Below are positions 25,701 through 38,503 of a DNA stretch of 62,439 bases, one piece after another (the first letter of the stretch is position 1; the number at the start of each line of letters is the position of its first letter). Source of the stretch: Nemertoderma westbladi (taxonomy: Eukaryota > Animalia > Xenacoelomorpha); the NCBI GenBank assembly GCA_032718475.1, contig JAUCBJ010003334.1:1-62439 (forward strand), given 5' to 3'. The notes beneath the pieces were generated by a model that saw nothing but the letters and a program-made list of their open reading frames with translations, was not told the DNA's origin and made no database searches. Position numbers and translations under genes: made by a program.

Positions 25701-27012
25701 TAACGTTGATAGTCAGTTCAAGGACCGCGCTCTGACCAAACTCAGCCTGAGAGACTCAGCGGCGGAGAAGCTAAACAGCGCGGGATTTGCCCTTTTTCAG
25801 GACGTTTGTATACAGAACTTGCACTCATCTGTTATACAAAGACCCCGAATACCCACGGGTTATTCTGTCGTCGAAGTTCAGACAGTGGGTCCGCTTGCGG
25901 AGACGGCCGCACCTACCTCAGCTATGCAATTGGAAGACGAACCAATATGCTTAGAAGCTGAAGCGATTCAGCCTACAGCGCCCCTGAGCAGCGATAACGA
26001 CTACGTTTTAGAGTGGTATCAAGGTCCACAATGTCTCACCGCATACGATTATCGACACGCTAACTATGTTTCTCGAAAACGTTGTCGATTATGCGCATCG
26101 AGAGACCATTTCACTCCTATGGACTCAGACGTACCCTGCTCCTATTTCCACGAACAACCAATGATGGAGATATATTGTGCGTATTGCAGACTTAATAACT
26201 CTCATATTTTTGCAGTCTGCCCCCAATTTATGACTCAATGCCACCACTGTCAACTTAAAGGACATGCCAGTTATAATTGCCCCTTTAATCACGATTTAGA
26301 GAGCGTAGATGAAATGATTACCCTGCGCTACATCCGAGCTTGGGAAGCGAACGCGGATTTACATTGTGAGTCCCGTCATCGATACTACCCTGGACGCTCT
26401 TACGAGGGAGTTTACGCGTTCCATCCTTATTTATTCGCGTCTGTGGAACAAAAAACACGTACACCGAGTTACAAACTAATGAAGCGTGTTGGTGAGTGTA
26501 TTTCCACCAAATTCGTTCGAAAATACCTTAGGAACGTCAATCCTAACGATATTACTTCATACCATTTGATCAATTATATCCGTCAAGACCCTGAGTATGG
26601 CGATTTATTTATCAACTCGCACCCGGAGTTACAGGAAGTATCTCGACAGCCCTACGAATATCGAGCCCGAGAACGCGAGCTGGAAAGAACTATTAAACCA
26701 AGGAAGTTTCTCACCACTCACGGTCCGCCTACCGCCATTGTCCAGACGACCCGTCAAGGACCCGTAGGAGCTGCTGTCCTGAGGCGCGCCCTAAAGGCTG
26801 TTAGACCTCGCTCCACGGAAGTTGATATCGATCAACCAGGTACCTCGACCGGCGGATATACCGATCGCAATCCGAAACCTTCTGATGCAATTGTATTGCA
26901 CCCTTCACCCAGGAGTTATAGCCCTCCTAGTAAAGTGGCTCGCCCCAAAGAGAAAAGGACTCTTGCTAGCCTCAAAAAACTGCGTAAACGCCGTCCGCGT
27001 AAGAAAGACTAA
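22759..27012 (+). CDS. Accessory protein: DEDD-type 3'-5' exonuclease-like domain, triple CCHC-type zinc knuckles, basic tail; split by one in-frame TGA (23563-23565)
   Basis: ORFs 22759-23565 and 23578-27012 share a frame; VVTYDNEG, LPQPVLEMLFNEGILKIGSAVYGDL, FVDTQLIA, SIGHLA motifs; CRLC..H..C, CAYC..H..C, CHHCQLKGHASYNC; KKLRKRRPRKK. Confidence 0.8.
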
Positions 27013-27090
27013 CTGTTTAGAGTATTTTTATATTTTAGAAACTGTGATTTGTTATATTTTATAGACTTAAATCCCATTTTCTGGGAGCGG

Positions 27091-28249
27091 TGTAAAAGCT
27101 TTTGCGTAATTAACCGGTTATTTTCCCTTAAAGTACTCTGTAGTTGGTTTGCCAGGCATAAAAAGGCCGTGTCCTTGCTGTACTTGTGTTTTAGAGGACA
27201 TAAAAGTCATTTCTTCTGTATTTGTACTTTAGAGGACATAATCCGCAATTTCGGGATGCAATAAGCTCGATACTCTTGAAAACAGTGTCGCTACCATGAC
27301 GACGGCTAACAGCTGATATTGCCACGTCGACATTTCTTTGTTTCTTTGTTCTCTCTTTGTTCGGTTGACCAATCAGAGCGTTTTTTGTCTCTGTGTTGGA
27401 GGTGGATACAGAACTCAGTAATTCAGTGTTATGTTTTTGCCCAGAGCCTAAGAACATCGGCTTTTGGCACCTCCGTATATCAGCATTCTTTAGCTTTACA
27501 TTAGTAGGCTTAATTATAGAACGTATATCTGTTATCGAGTCATCTCAGTTAACAATCCATAACTTACTTACCATATCTTATTAATATTACTGCTTTTACT
27601 GTCGGTTATTCGTTATATTTGTTGATGAAATATTATATCGGAATACTGATCAATAATCAGACACCCCACCTTCTTGATATACTAAAGGTTAGAGAGACCG
27701 GTTACAGATAAACGATTGCGACCTATGTTAAGTGGTTTGAAGTGAATCTAATGCTATTTGATAAGCACTACATGGGTCCGTTGCTGTTCTCTTTATATAT
27801 GATAAAATTTAGTGAAGGTCGGCAGATTAGTGTGCAGTATTGTGCAGCATTGTGTATGAGTGTAACTGATAACAAAGCATCTCCTAAAGAATGCGCCATA
27901 TACGTTAATCTATAGCCTTTTCGTTGTGTCTAGTTTAAGTCATAACTCTGTTTACATATTTAGAGCGCCACGTCCTAAAGGAACTGTTAATATTTCCCGA
28001 AAGTGAATAATATTTGTCAGAGATTATATATTACGATCAGTCGAATAATACGGTAGGCTTACACCATCAATCATTAAGCTTCCGAATTCAGTCTCCCGGG
28101 TATATCCAGCGGGTGAATGATTGCGCATAGACTGGCTTCGGCTAATGTAGTGTGTCAAATACTCGTCATAAGCTAAAGAATATATATCATCCAAAAGACA
28201 TTCTAATTTTGGCAGGTTAAACTGTCAAAGGTCTTCAAAAGCGCAAACA
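27091..28249 (+). repeat. 3' LTR of BEL/Pao element 1
   Basis: Preceded by GGGAGCGG; followed by TSD GTTTC. Confidence 0.97.
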
Positions 28250-28299
28250 GTTTCAAATTATCGATCTGATAATCTATATGATATCTATAACTTACATAG

Positions 28300-29352
28300 T
28301 TGAAATAATAGTATGCGGTTTGTTATGTACCTCTACATATTTTGCGCCTTCTTTATTTTTCATTCATTCATCCATTTATAATTTACGGGTTAATTGTATG
28401 GGGTAACGCGACCCATTCAATAATTAATCCTATCCGCACTAAAATTAATAAATTACTGCGTGCAATCACGTTTAGTGATAGATTTTCCTCCACTGTGCCT
28501 ATTTACAAATCTTTGAATATTTTACCTATCCAAGCGCTCTACAAATATCAGGTATTAATATTTATGTATAATGTTTTAAAAGGTAATTGTCCAAGCGATT
28601 TAAAAAAGGTTGTTTTCTAGAACTGACGCTGTCCATTCCCATAGAACACGGTCGGCTAGCCAAAAAATTTTCTATATTCCATCAAATTGTATTCTTGTAT
28701 CTCAAAGATTACTAAAATATCAGGGTCCTTTTTTGTGGAATTTATTGCCTACTTCAATTAAAGAATGTCAATCATTAAACATATTTTCTGCTAAACTAAA
28801 AAAATATTTAATTAATGAACTGTAACTGCGGGGTCTGGTGCTTTGGTCAGTTTTCATTGCGGTGTCGCTAACGGCTCGTATTATTAACGTTGTTGTCTAT
28901 TCCGTTATCCACTTATAATTTGGGTTTAGTTTATTTCTAACTTTGCTCCTTGTGTGTAATTTTTAATTCAAATGTCGTGCCTACGTACAGATGGATCGTC
29001 ACAATATATGTATTCATATATTTCTACGTGCTTTAATTTTAATTATATATAACGTATACGGTAGTAATTCTAATAAACACAATACGTACTGTATTAAAAT
29101 CGTCAATAATCTTCTAAACGGCGCACAGCCACGTAATAGCTTTGCTATATTGCTGTGTTGCCCTTTTCACTATTACCTAGTTAAATTTTAATTTCACATT
29201 AATTTTAAAACTTAACGCTCCGGCACTTATTTCCAGGAAATTAACTGTTTGTAATATACGTAATTTTGATTGTAATTTTTTTTTGTTATGTATATTGTAT
29301 GTACTTTATATATATATTAGTGAAATAAATAAATAAACTGAAACTGAAACTG
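28300..29352 (+). mobile_element. 3' fragment of CR1/L2-group LINE, frameshifted, (AAACTG)n tail
   Basis: LYFSFIHP..YGLIVWG and GPFLWNLLP motifs; AATAAA followed by ACTGAAACTGAAACTG. Confidence 0.85.
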
Positions 29353-30780
29353 GTATATTGAATCGGTGGACTGACCATCCATTGACTGAGGTGCTTCAAA
29401 GCGGTTTTGAACTTCTACTGTGTAAGCAACCTTTACTGCATAACAACCAACAAACCAAACGAATTGTTGTTGATTCACACCAGATATCTATTGCCCACAC
29501 CTTCCACATGCACCAATACACTGTTTCTAGAACTGCTTTCTATTGCATATTAAATACTGAATTAGCACAAAATCGAACCAGCCTAAATACAAATAGCACA
29601 GCAAGACTGACTGCTTGCTACATACTACTGCACTGCAATAACAGTATTACGCCCTACATACATTAGCTAGGGACCCCCCCCCCCCCCCCTTATTACAAGA
29701 TACTTTTAGCTTTTACTAGAGCGGCCACGCACCCATTATTATTATTATTAATTACAGAAACCTGGAAACATATTCCCTACAACCAACGTTCCATGATGCA
29801 AGGAGTTGCAAGATAACTGTTGATTCTATATACCCCAGTCAACATATGAATATTGGCGCTCGGAGGATTACATTCTATTGAACTTGGAATCGGATTCCAT
29901 TGAACTTATATTATGTATAGTATATGGCTGAACATATGGGTGTGGTAACCCAAAAAAAATTTAGAGAGTTTTATAACCAACTTTATTTTATTCAGTATTT
30001 TATTGCCTTTTTACTCCTGAATGTTGTCATTTCATAGCTCTTTGAGGAAAAGAGTTTTGGAAGAAACAAAGTTTATTAGAAACGATTACAATGTCCGTTT
30101 ATTGCTTACCTACACGACGTTCTTAGGTAATAATTTGATAATGGTTTTTGAAATATTCCATAACTATTTAGTAATTTGATATTAATTAAATACCGCATGC
30201 ACAATGCACATTCAACGTTAAGTTCAATGTCGGTTGTGGGTCGGCCACGTACATGGGTCCGTTGCTGTTCTCTTTATATATGATAAAATTTAGTGAAGGT
30301 CGGCAGATTAGTGTGCAGTATTGTGCAGCATTGTGTATGAGTGTAACTGATAACAAAGCATCTCCTAAAGAATGCGCCATATACGTTAATCTATAGCCTT
30401 TTCGTTGTGTCTAGTTTAAGTCATAACTCTGTTTACATATTTAGAGCGCCACGTCCTAAAGGAACTGTTAATATTTCCCGAAAGTGAATAATATTTGTCA
30501 GAGATTATATATTACGATCAGTCGAATAATACGGTAGGCTTACACCATCAATCATTAAGCTTCCGAATTCAGTCTCCCGGGTATATCCAGCGGGTGAATG
30601 ATTGCGCATAGACTGGCTTCGGCTAATGTTGTGTGTCAAATACTCGTCATAAGCTAAAGAATATATATCATCCAAAAGACATTCTAATTTTGGCAGGTTA
30701 AACTGTCAAAGGTCTTCAAAAGCGCAAACAGTTTCAAATTATCGATCTGATAATCTATATGATATCTATAACTTACATAG

Positions 30781-31833
30781 TTGAAATAATAGTATGCGGT
30801 TTGTTATGTACCTCTACATATTTTGCGCCTTCTTTATTTTTCATTCATTCATCCATTTATAATTTACGGGTTAATTGTATGGGGTAACGCGACCCATTCA
30901 ATAATTAATCCTATCCGCACTAAAATTAATAAATTACTGCGTGCAATCACGTTTAGTGATAGATTTTCCTCCTCTGTGCCTATTTACAAATCTTTGAATA
31001 TTTTACCTATCCAAGCGCTCTACAAATATCAGGTATTAATATTTATGTATAATGTTTTAAAAGGTAATTGTCCAAGCGATTTAAAAAAGGTTGTTTTCTA
31101 GAACTGACGCTGTCCATTCCCATAGAACACGGTCGGCTAGCCAAAAAATTTTCTATATTCCATCAAATTGTATTCTTGTATCTCAAAGATTACTAAAATA
31201 TCAGGGTCCTTTTTTGTGGAATTTATTGCCTACTTCAATTAAAGAATGTCAATCATTAAACATATTTTCTGCTAAACTAAAAAAATATTTAATTAATGAA
31301 CTGTAACTGCGGGGTCTGGTGCTTTGGTCAGTTTTCATTGCGGTGTCGCTAACGGCTCGTATTATTAACGTTGTTGTCTATTCCGTTATCCACTTATAAT
31401 TTGGGTTTAGTTTATTTCTAACTTTGCTCCTTGTGTGTAATTTTTAATTCAAATGTCGTGCCTACGTACAGATGGATCGTCACAATATATGTATTCATAT
31501 ATTTCTACGTGCTTTAATTTTAATTATATATAACGTATACGGTAGTAATTCTAATAAACACAATACGTACTGTATTAAAATCGTCAATAATCTTCTAAAC
31601 GGCGCACAGCCACGTAATAGCTTTGCTATATTGCTGTGTTGCCCTTTTCACTATTACCTAGTTAAATTTTAATTTCACATTAATTTTAAAACTTAACGCT
31701 CCGGCACTTATTTCCAGGAAATTAACTGTTTGTAATATACGTAATTTTGATTGTAATTTATTTTTGTTATGTATATTGTATGTACTTTATATATATATTA
31801 GTGAAATAAATAAATAAACTGAAACTGAAACTG
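30781..31833 (+). mobile_element. Second copy of the same LINE fragment, created by the tandem duplication
   Basis: Near-identical to 28300-29352. Confidence 0.85.
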
Positions 31834-33159
31834 GTATATTGAATCGGTGGACTGACCATCCATTGACTGAAGTGCTTCAAAGCGGTTTTGAACTTCTACT
31901 GTGTAAGCAACCTTTACTGCATTAACTGCATAACAACCAACAAACCAAACGAATTGTTGTTGATTCACACCAGATATCTATTGCCCACACCTTCCACATG
32001 CACCAATACACTGTTTCTAGAACTGCTTTCTATTGCATATTAAATACTGAATTAGCACAAAATCGAACCAGCCTAAATACAAATAGCACAGCAAGACTGA
32101 CTGCTTGCTACATACTACTGCACTGCAATAACAGTATTACGCCCTACATACATTAGCTAGGGACCCCCCCCCCCCCCCCCCCTTATTACAAGATACTTTT
32201 AGCTTTTACTAGAGCGGCCACGCACCCATTATTATTATTATTAATTACAGAAACCTGGAAACATATTCCCTACAACCAACGTTCCATGATGCAAGGAGTT
32301 GCAAGATAACTGTTGATTCTATATACCCCAGTCAACATATGAATATTGGCGCTCGGAGGATTACATTCTATTGAACTTGGAATCGGATTCCATTGAACTT
32401 ATATTATGTATAGTATATGGCCGAACATATGGGTGTGGTAACCCAAAAAAAATTTAGAGAGTTTTATAACCAACTTTATTTTATTCAGTATTTTATTGCC
32501 TTTTTACTCCTGAATGTTGTCATTTCATAGCTCTTTGAGGAAAAGAGTTTTGGAAGAAACAAAGTTTATTAGAAACGATTACAATGTCCGTTTATTGCTT
32601 ACCTACACGACGTTCTTAGGTAATAATTTGATAATGGTTTTTGAAATATTCCATAACTATTTAGTAATTTGATATTAATTAAATACCGCATGCACAATGC
32701 ACATTCAACTGACTAAACTAGAGCAATATCTAGAGAACCTATCTCTCTACTATAGTTTTGATGGTGTCTACACTAACATCATTGTGAATCAAATTCCTAT
32801 ATTGCATTGATATCCTGATCCTGAATTAATTTCAGTCAGCCTTCAAATCCTCACCAATATCTCGAGAACCAATCACTCTAGTATTGTTTTGATTATGTCT
32901 ACAGCCACTAAATAGGTTATAGTGGTTCGAATCAGTAGGAGAAAGAAATGAGTAAAGCCCCGTTGACATCCAATGGTGTGTGAGCGGTAAAGTAGTCCGG
33001 CGGTCTTGAAGCAGTAAGCTACCCGGAGCCTGTTCACACCCAACGGTAACTGATTGTCTATCTGTAGACTGTGAATTCAACAGGAAATTACATTAATTGT
33101 TTTAACATTGTTTAAATGGGCTGCGGTAAACCGCGCGGTTTAGCGCACAACTAACTGTT

Positions 33160-33267
33160 GGGTCGTTCACAGTCAGTGGTGTACCACTGGCCCTACGGTA
33201 CACTGTAGGGCCAGCATATGTGCACGTACAGTGCACATATACCGTTCCATTGGATGTGAACGAGCCT
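33160..33267. mobile_element. Small MITE-like remnant
   Basis: Inverted ends TCGTTCACA / TGTGAACGA. Confidence 0.35.
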
Positions 33268-33300
33268 TTAGATAAGTCGGTGAACACATGACTACAACAA

Positions 33301-33365
33301 TGGATTACCGTAAGAGGCAGTTCTGTATGGAGCCACCATACAGAACTGCCTCTTACGGTAATCCA
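33301..33365. repeat. Perfect 30-bp inverted repeat with 5-nt spacer
   Basis: TGGATTACCGTAAGAGGCAGTTCTGTATGG-AGCCA-CCATACAGAACTGCCTCTTACGGTAATCCA. Confidence 0.95.
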
Positions 33366-33616
33366 GTATGGAGTTCATGTGTTCATGGAGTCCAGTATGG
33401 TATTCAGTATGGAGGCCAACTGTAAAATATATGTGGCACCCATGGTCCACACTTATACTGTAATAAAGTCATTCATGGACCATGGAGGCCACCTATAAAA
33501 ATATACTTAGCTTCCACGGTTCAAATAATAAACAAGTAACATAATTATAATACTGTAGTATATTAATGTAGTATTTTAGCGCGAGCTAAATTTTGTTCTA
33601 ATACTTTCTTGTTTAT

Positions 33617-34308
33617 TGTATATAGTGTGCAATTAGTATATTCGAATGTCAAGTCGTAATTATAAATATACGCTAAAGTACAGAGATTCCAGAGAACTGG
33701 TTTATTGTGTAAGGTAACTAATTACACAATGTCACTATTATAGTATCTAATTGTTCTTGTTGATATGTTGCTAAGCAACATTCTTAGTAATTCCTTGTTC
33801 AGTTATCCTGGCTGGTTCCAGGGTTGCCACATAGCTCCCCCCAGCGAAGGGTACTGTAGCGATGATGCCTGGAACCCACAATTTGGCTGTCTCACTGTGC
33901 GGCCAAAGCGTGAGAAGTGCTCTGATGGGGTTGTTTTGCTTGTTTGAGATGGTACCAATGTGTTTGGGGTTGGTGGAGGTTGTGATGCTATCTGGGATGG
34001 AGGCTTTGGAGCTGCAGCTGTCGGTGGTACACATAGGCGACTTTGAGTCGCCTATGTTTTTTTCCGTTTATTTCTATGAGGAAATATTTGTCGCCAGCCT
34101 CTAACACTTTGAATGGTCCAGTGTAGGGTCTTTCAAGTGGTCCGCGGTGCTTGTCCACTCGGACATAAACGAACGCAGTCAAAGCTACGTTGCTTGGGAC
34201 ATGTTTGGTGTATTGTCCATGGAAGTTTACTGGTGGAGGAATTATCGATTGCATTGTTATTTGGAGGTGATTGAGAAACTCATCCATCAGAGTGGCTTTT
34301 GCTGCCAA
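33617..34308 (-). mobile_element. Decayed Gypsy 3' end: integrase C-terminus, PPT and 3' LTR
   Basis: VYVRVDKHRGPLERPYTGPFKV; GGGGGGAGCTA then TGTGGCAAC starting at 33831 on the minus strand; far LTR end approximate. Confidence 0.8.
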
Positions 34309-34999
34309 TGCTAACTGTATACAGAAATCTTATATTTTCATCGGGTTATTATTCGGTTTCAGTGCATATAATATTTGTGCTTCGTATGTATTGAATAGCA
34401 CATAAAATTGTTTATATTGTTACCTAACAACAGTTGTGGTATTACTGGACTCTCATTGGTAACTACCGAAGCCGGTATTCTTGCGTCTTATTGGCTGTTC
34501 TATTTTTACCGAACATTGTGTATCCATATATAACTGTTGTCAGCCTCGCTAGGCTTAGGCTTAACCTTGATAACATCTCAGGTAATTTACATCGATTTTA
34601 TAGCCTAAGCAAGTCACGTTAGTTACAGTGGCCTGCAATATTTTACCTAGTCACTTGTCATTTGCAACTAATCGCTTGTACTAATCATTAATCATTTGCA
34701 ACTTACAACTTATATTTGCATTTACTATTATTGCATTACTTGTTGATGAATATATTGGACCAGAGATCAAACCAATTCGATTTCCACATTGTGAGTGTAA
34801 GTGCGCCTTGTCAGTAATAAGATTCGGTTCATTTAATACGAATGTGTGAGTCCATAGTATTGTTATATTATTCCCAACTAGTAACTATTATTTACCAGCA
34901 ATGCAAGTGATTCGAGTAAATCGTGCGCTTAATGTTAAGTGTTCCTGCTATGCGGCAGGTATACCGAGGCTTTGATAACACTCATAAGATCTACATAAG

Positions 35000-36240
35000 G
35001 GCTTGCTAGGCATTTTCAGGTTAGCCTCCCATAAACGCCTCGACAGTGACATCATGAGAGCCGGGTTGAAGGATCTCACCAGGAAGGTGAAGAATGTGCC
35101 ATAGACGAGGTCAGCATGGTGGCATTCTCCAGTGGAATTGCTTCAGGCCATCGTGTAAAACGATCGATGATTGTAAAGAGGTATGTGTAGCCTTTAGATA
35201 CCGGAAGGGGACCGACGAGGTCGATGTGGATGCTGCCAAATCGACGGTCAGGTTGAGGTCGAGTGGCAAGAGGTGCGTGTACGTGGCGCTATACTTTTGA
35301 TGCTCGGCACGGGTGGCATTCTCGGCACCATTTTCGAATATCTGATTTCATCCTGTATCATATAAACTTAGATGAAATTGCGCATTGTGTTGGATGGAAA
35401 CTGGCGTGTGCCAGATTGTGTATGGCGTCAAACACTCGTTTAGTCCATGTGGCTGCCGGGACGATGGGCCGATTGTTTCCAGTGGAAACATCGCATAGGA
35501 CTGAGTAGTCGCCGAAGGATATGTCTTTGAGGCAGAGACCAGGGATTGCTGAGATTGCTGTGCGATACGAGGCGATGTCTAATACGATGCGATTGCCAGC
35601 TGGTGATAGTTTATTGTTGGTAGGTAAATTGCTGAGACCGAGGGAGCTACTGCACGTGAGAGTGCATCAGCAACAATATTGTCAGGGCCTTTGATATGGC
35701 GAATATCAGTTGTGAATTCGGCAATGTAAGATATATGTCAAGTTTGGCATGGTGAACGATCAGTAGAGGCTGAGAAAGCGAAGGTAAGTGGCCTGTTAGG
35801 GTGTATGAGGAGGGTGGCGTTTGTGAGTGCTGATTTTGCAGCTTCAAAGGCGGACTGACAGTTTGTGGTCCAGATTATCTTTACCTTTGCCCTTTGTTGC
35901 TTCGTGGAGTGCTGAAAGGGTGCTGGCAACACGCGGAATAAAGCGGTGATAATAATTTATCATTCCGAGGAAACATTGGAGTGCAAGTTTTGATTCAGGT
36001 ACTGGGTAGTCGAGGATGGCAGAAACTTTGTTTGGTAGTGGAGTAATGCCTGTGGCATTGATGTTATGACCTAGGTATGTGAGTTCTGCTGAACCGAAAA
36101 CACACATACCACATACTCCTATTTATTACCATCCCATTGTCGAAAAGGAGGCGGAAAACCTGCCTCAAGTGGTCTGCATGTTCTTCAGAGTTTGTATTAG
36201 CAACAAGGATGTCGTTTAGGTAAACAAATATGAAGGGAAT
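35000..36240 (-). pseudogene. Decayed Gypsy pol fragment (RT-RNase H-integrase)
   Basis: YLGHNI..GITPLPNKV..FLGMINYYHRF, HIDLVGP, ADLVYG remnants with frameshifts and deletions. Confidence 0.85.
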
Positions 36241-36477
36241 GCACTGTCAAATGTTATTGGCAACTGTCACTGTTAACACTGTCAAATACAAGAGTAATAC
36301 TAACTAGGGAGTTCAATATTTAACCCTTTTCATACCAACACTTAAAAAAGGAGGCACACAACTGACGTCTTTGTCATTCTACATAATTCAGGAACATGCT
36401 CATAAAGGAGGCCTTGTGCCACCTTTATAAAATTATAACTTAACCCCCAGGGCGGCAGAGTTCCGCCTTTACATACA

Positions 36478-36809
36478 TTATCCTGACCCCCCCCCCCCCC
36501 CCCCCCAGGGCGGCAGAGTGCGGTCTTTATCTATGGGGCGGAAAAATGGAGTTCGTTGTCGTGGTATTCGTGTTCGGCAGGAAAAACTGGTCTAAATAAT
36601 TTAATTTAATATTGCTTGATGGGATTCCAATTGGTTTGAGGGTACTTTAAATTACATAATTTTTTATGCAATTTAATTTCAATTTAGCCAATAATTTTGT
36701 TACAAATGATTAAGGCGGCAGTGTGCCACCCATGGCGTTCAAATGAAGGACTTAAAAATTTCGAAAATGGTTTAAAGGCGGCAGTGTGCCGCCTTTGGTG
36801 GCAGGATAA
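36478..36809. mobile_element. Putative non-autonomous DNA transposon (MITE)
   Basis: TTATCCTG/CAGGATAA ends and repeated GGCGGCAGwGT..GCC subterminal motifs. Confidence 0.45.
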
Positions 36810-36835
36810 GTAGTAATAGAGTTATCCTCTTTATA

Positions 36836-37008
36836 TATAAAATCTCTGGTACGACAAGAAAATAAACCTTGGTCCGATCAAATATATTTTTCTTGGTCCT
36901 TAGAAGTAAAAATTTATGTAACATAAAATCTCTGGTACGACAAGAAAATAAACCTTGGTCCGATCAAATATATTTTTCTTGGTCCTTAGAAGTAAAAATT
37001 TATGTAAC
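36836..37008. repeat. ~86-bp tandem repeat x2
   Basis: AAATCTCTGGTACGACAAG...TTATGTAAC repeated. Confidence 0.9.
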
Positions 37009-37443
37009 TTATCTTTGGTATGCAAAGGGTTTTAAAAATTTAGAATTCATATTTCATACTGATAATTTTGAATTCATACAAAATTTGTTACAGAGTCCAA
37101 TTAATGCATCGATTATTTTTATTCTAACATTAAGTCCATTTTTTGATCTACTGGTGTTTTTTTCCAACGTTGGATTCACTGACCACTACACAATTTTTCA
37201 GTTTTTCCAAAAATATACACATATTGTGAAATTGTTGCCCTTCGTTTAGAGATTTATATAGTATTATTATTCATACAGTCATATATACAGTATACATATT
37301 CTGATAGCTTCGAGAACATTGCAATCTGTTGTCTGATGATTGGTTTCAGAGTTTAGTATACAACCCTATGTGATTACTATACTGCAGTACTGACGTGCAT
37401 ATTATACTGACTGGAATTATTGTCCAGTCTGCATGTCTGCCTA

Positions 37444-37680
37444 TGTGGTGTAAACGCTAGTATTTTTTGCACCACACGGACTATATATTTTTGGTAGATA
37501 TCAATGTCAATCAGTCACAGGTTCTGTCAGTCGACAATTAATAGTTAGGTTGTTTGTATTACTGTTTATATTAACCTGTGCCTGTACCGTCTGATATAAT
37601 AAAGCCCAAAGGAGTTCTTGTGCGTATGAACAAAGTACTATAGTTTTCATCACCTGCATAGGTTTACCCGGACTACCACA
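37444..37680 (+). repeat. Candidate 5' LTR of BEL/Pao element 2
   Basis: TGTGGT...ACCACA inverted ends, TATATA and AATAAA inside, followed by AGTTGGCA; no second copy in the window. Confidence 0.45.
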
Positions 37681-38503
37681 AGTTGGCATACGTCAGTACG
37701 TGAATGGACGATGACACCGTGCGGTATTCACAGTGCAAAAAATAGGTAAAAGCACTAAACTGCTAAATGCAGAAATGCATTAAAGTTGAAATTCTGATAT
37801 TAGGCCAATTAGCTAGTGCAGTAGTGACACTTTACCTTTAGATGCCGGACCGGTCTGACGGTCTAAGGCCTCAGCAGCGACTGCTTGACGGTACGGTCAC
37901 TCTTGACTGCATTAGGCCTAATCACCCTAGAGCTATTCAGCTATAGGCAGATAGGCCCTATTACCTTATTACAGTATTAGGTCAGTAGGAAGGAGGGGGC
38001 CTACACCTACACCTACTGCTGTAGGCCTACCAGCCTACTGTATTGTCACTTTGTATTTGGTATTCGGCCTATGTTCAGGTAGGGCAGTCTGGCAGTAGGG
38101 GATTAGTTGAGTTGACTTTGACAGATATAAAGCTCAATTCTCTGTCAGCCTTTTCTGTCTTTAGGTAGGTACTGTCAGACGGTAAGCTACCGGTACTTGT
38201 CAGCATGTTAATCGGTGCGGTACCTACCTTTTATTGTGTGTATCTGCAAGCAAACCCTCTGTCAGTCTTTCGGTACCAGTATATATACTGATATATATAT
38301 ATATTTATATTATGGTGCTTTGTTTGTCTACTAAGGTAGGCTAGGCTAGGTTTAGGCTTGAGACTAACCAACTACTGAACTAGCCCTAAAGCTGTAAAGT
38401 ACCAGTAACAAAACCTTTTTTTCGTGTAATTTTTAATACTGTAACAAGTACTTATACCCTGATACCTGTCTGCCTGTGGGCCTGCTACTTATAGTCAATC
38501 ATA

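Larger units (their letters stand above)
9664..28249 (+). mobile_element. Giant BEL/Pao LTR retrotransposon (18,586 bp) with accessory 3' ORF
   Basis: Two 1159-bp TG...CA LTRs, GTTTC duplication at 9659-9663 and 28250-28254, BEL-type gag-pol. Confidence 0.96.
27769..32709 (+). repeat. Tandem segmental duplication (27769-30216 and 30250-32709) with a 33-bp junction filler
   Basis: Offset 2481 bp; few substitutions and one 9-bp indel. Confidence 0.95.

Noticed and set aside
22759-27012. env gene
   Set aside because: No signal peptide, transmembrane segment or fusion-protein pattern; has zinc knuckles and a basic NLS-like tail instead
30250-30730. Third LTR or solo LTR of BEL element 1
   Set aside because: Lacks the LTR 5' part and is followed by the same flank; it is part of the tandem duplication
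33988-36240. One Gypsy element split by an insertion
   Set aside because: The two fragments appear to cover the same post-integrase segment (EAFMG versus DEFLNHL), so they are treated as separate copies
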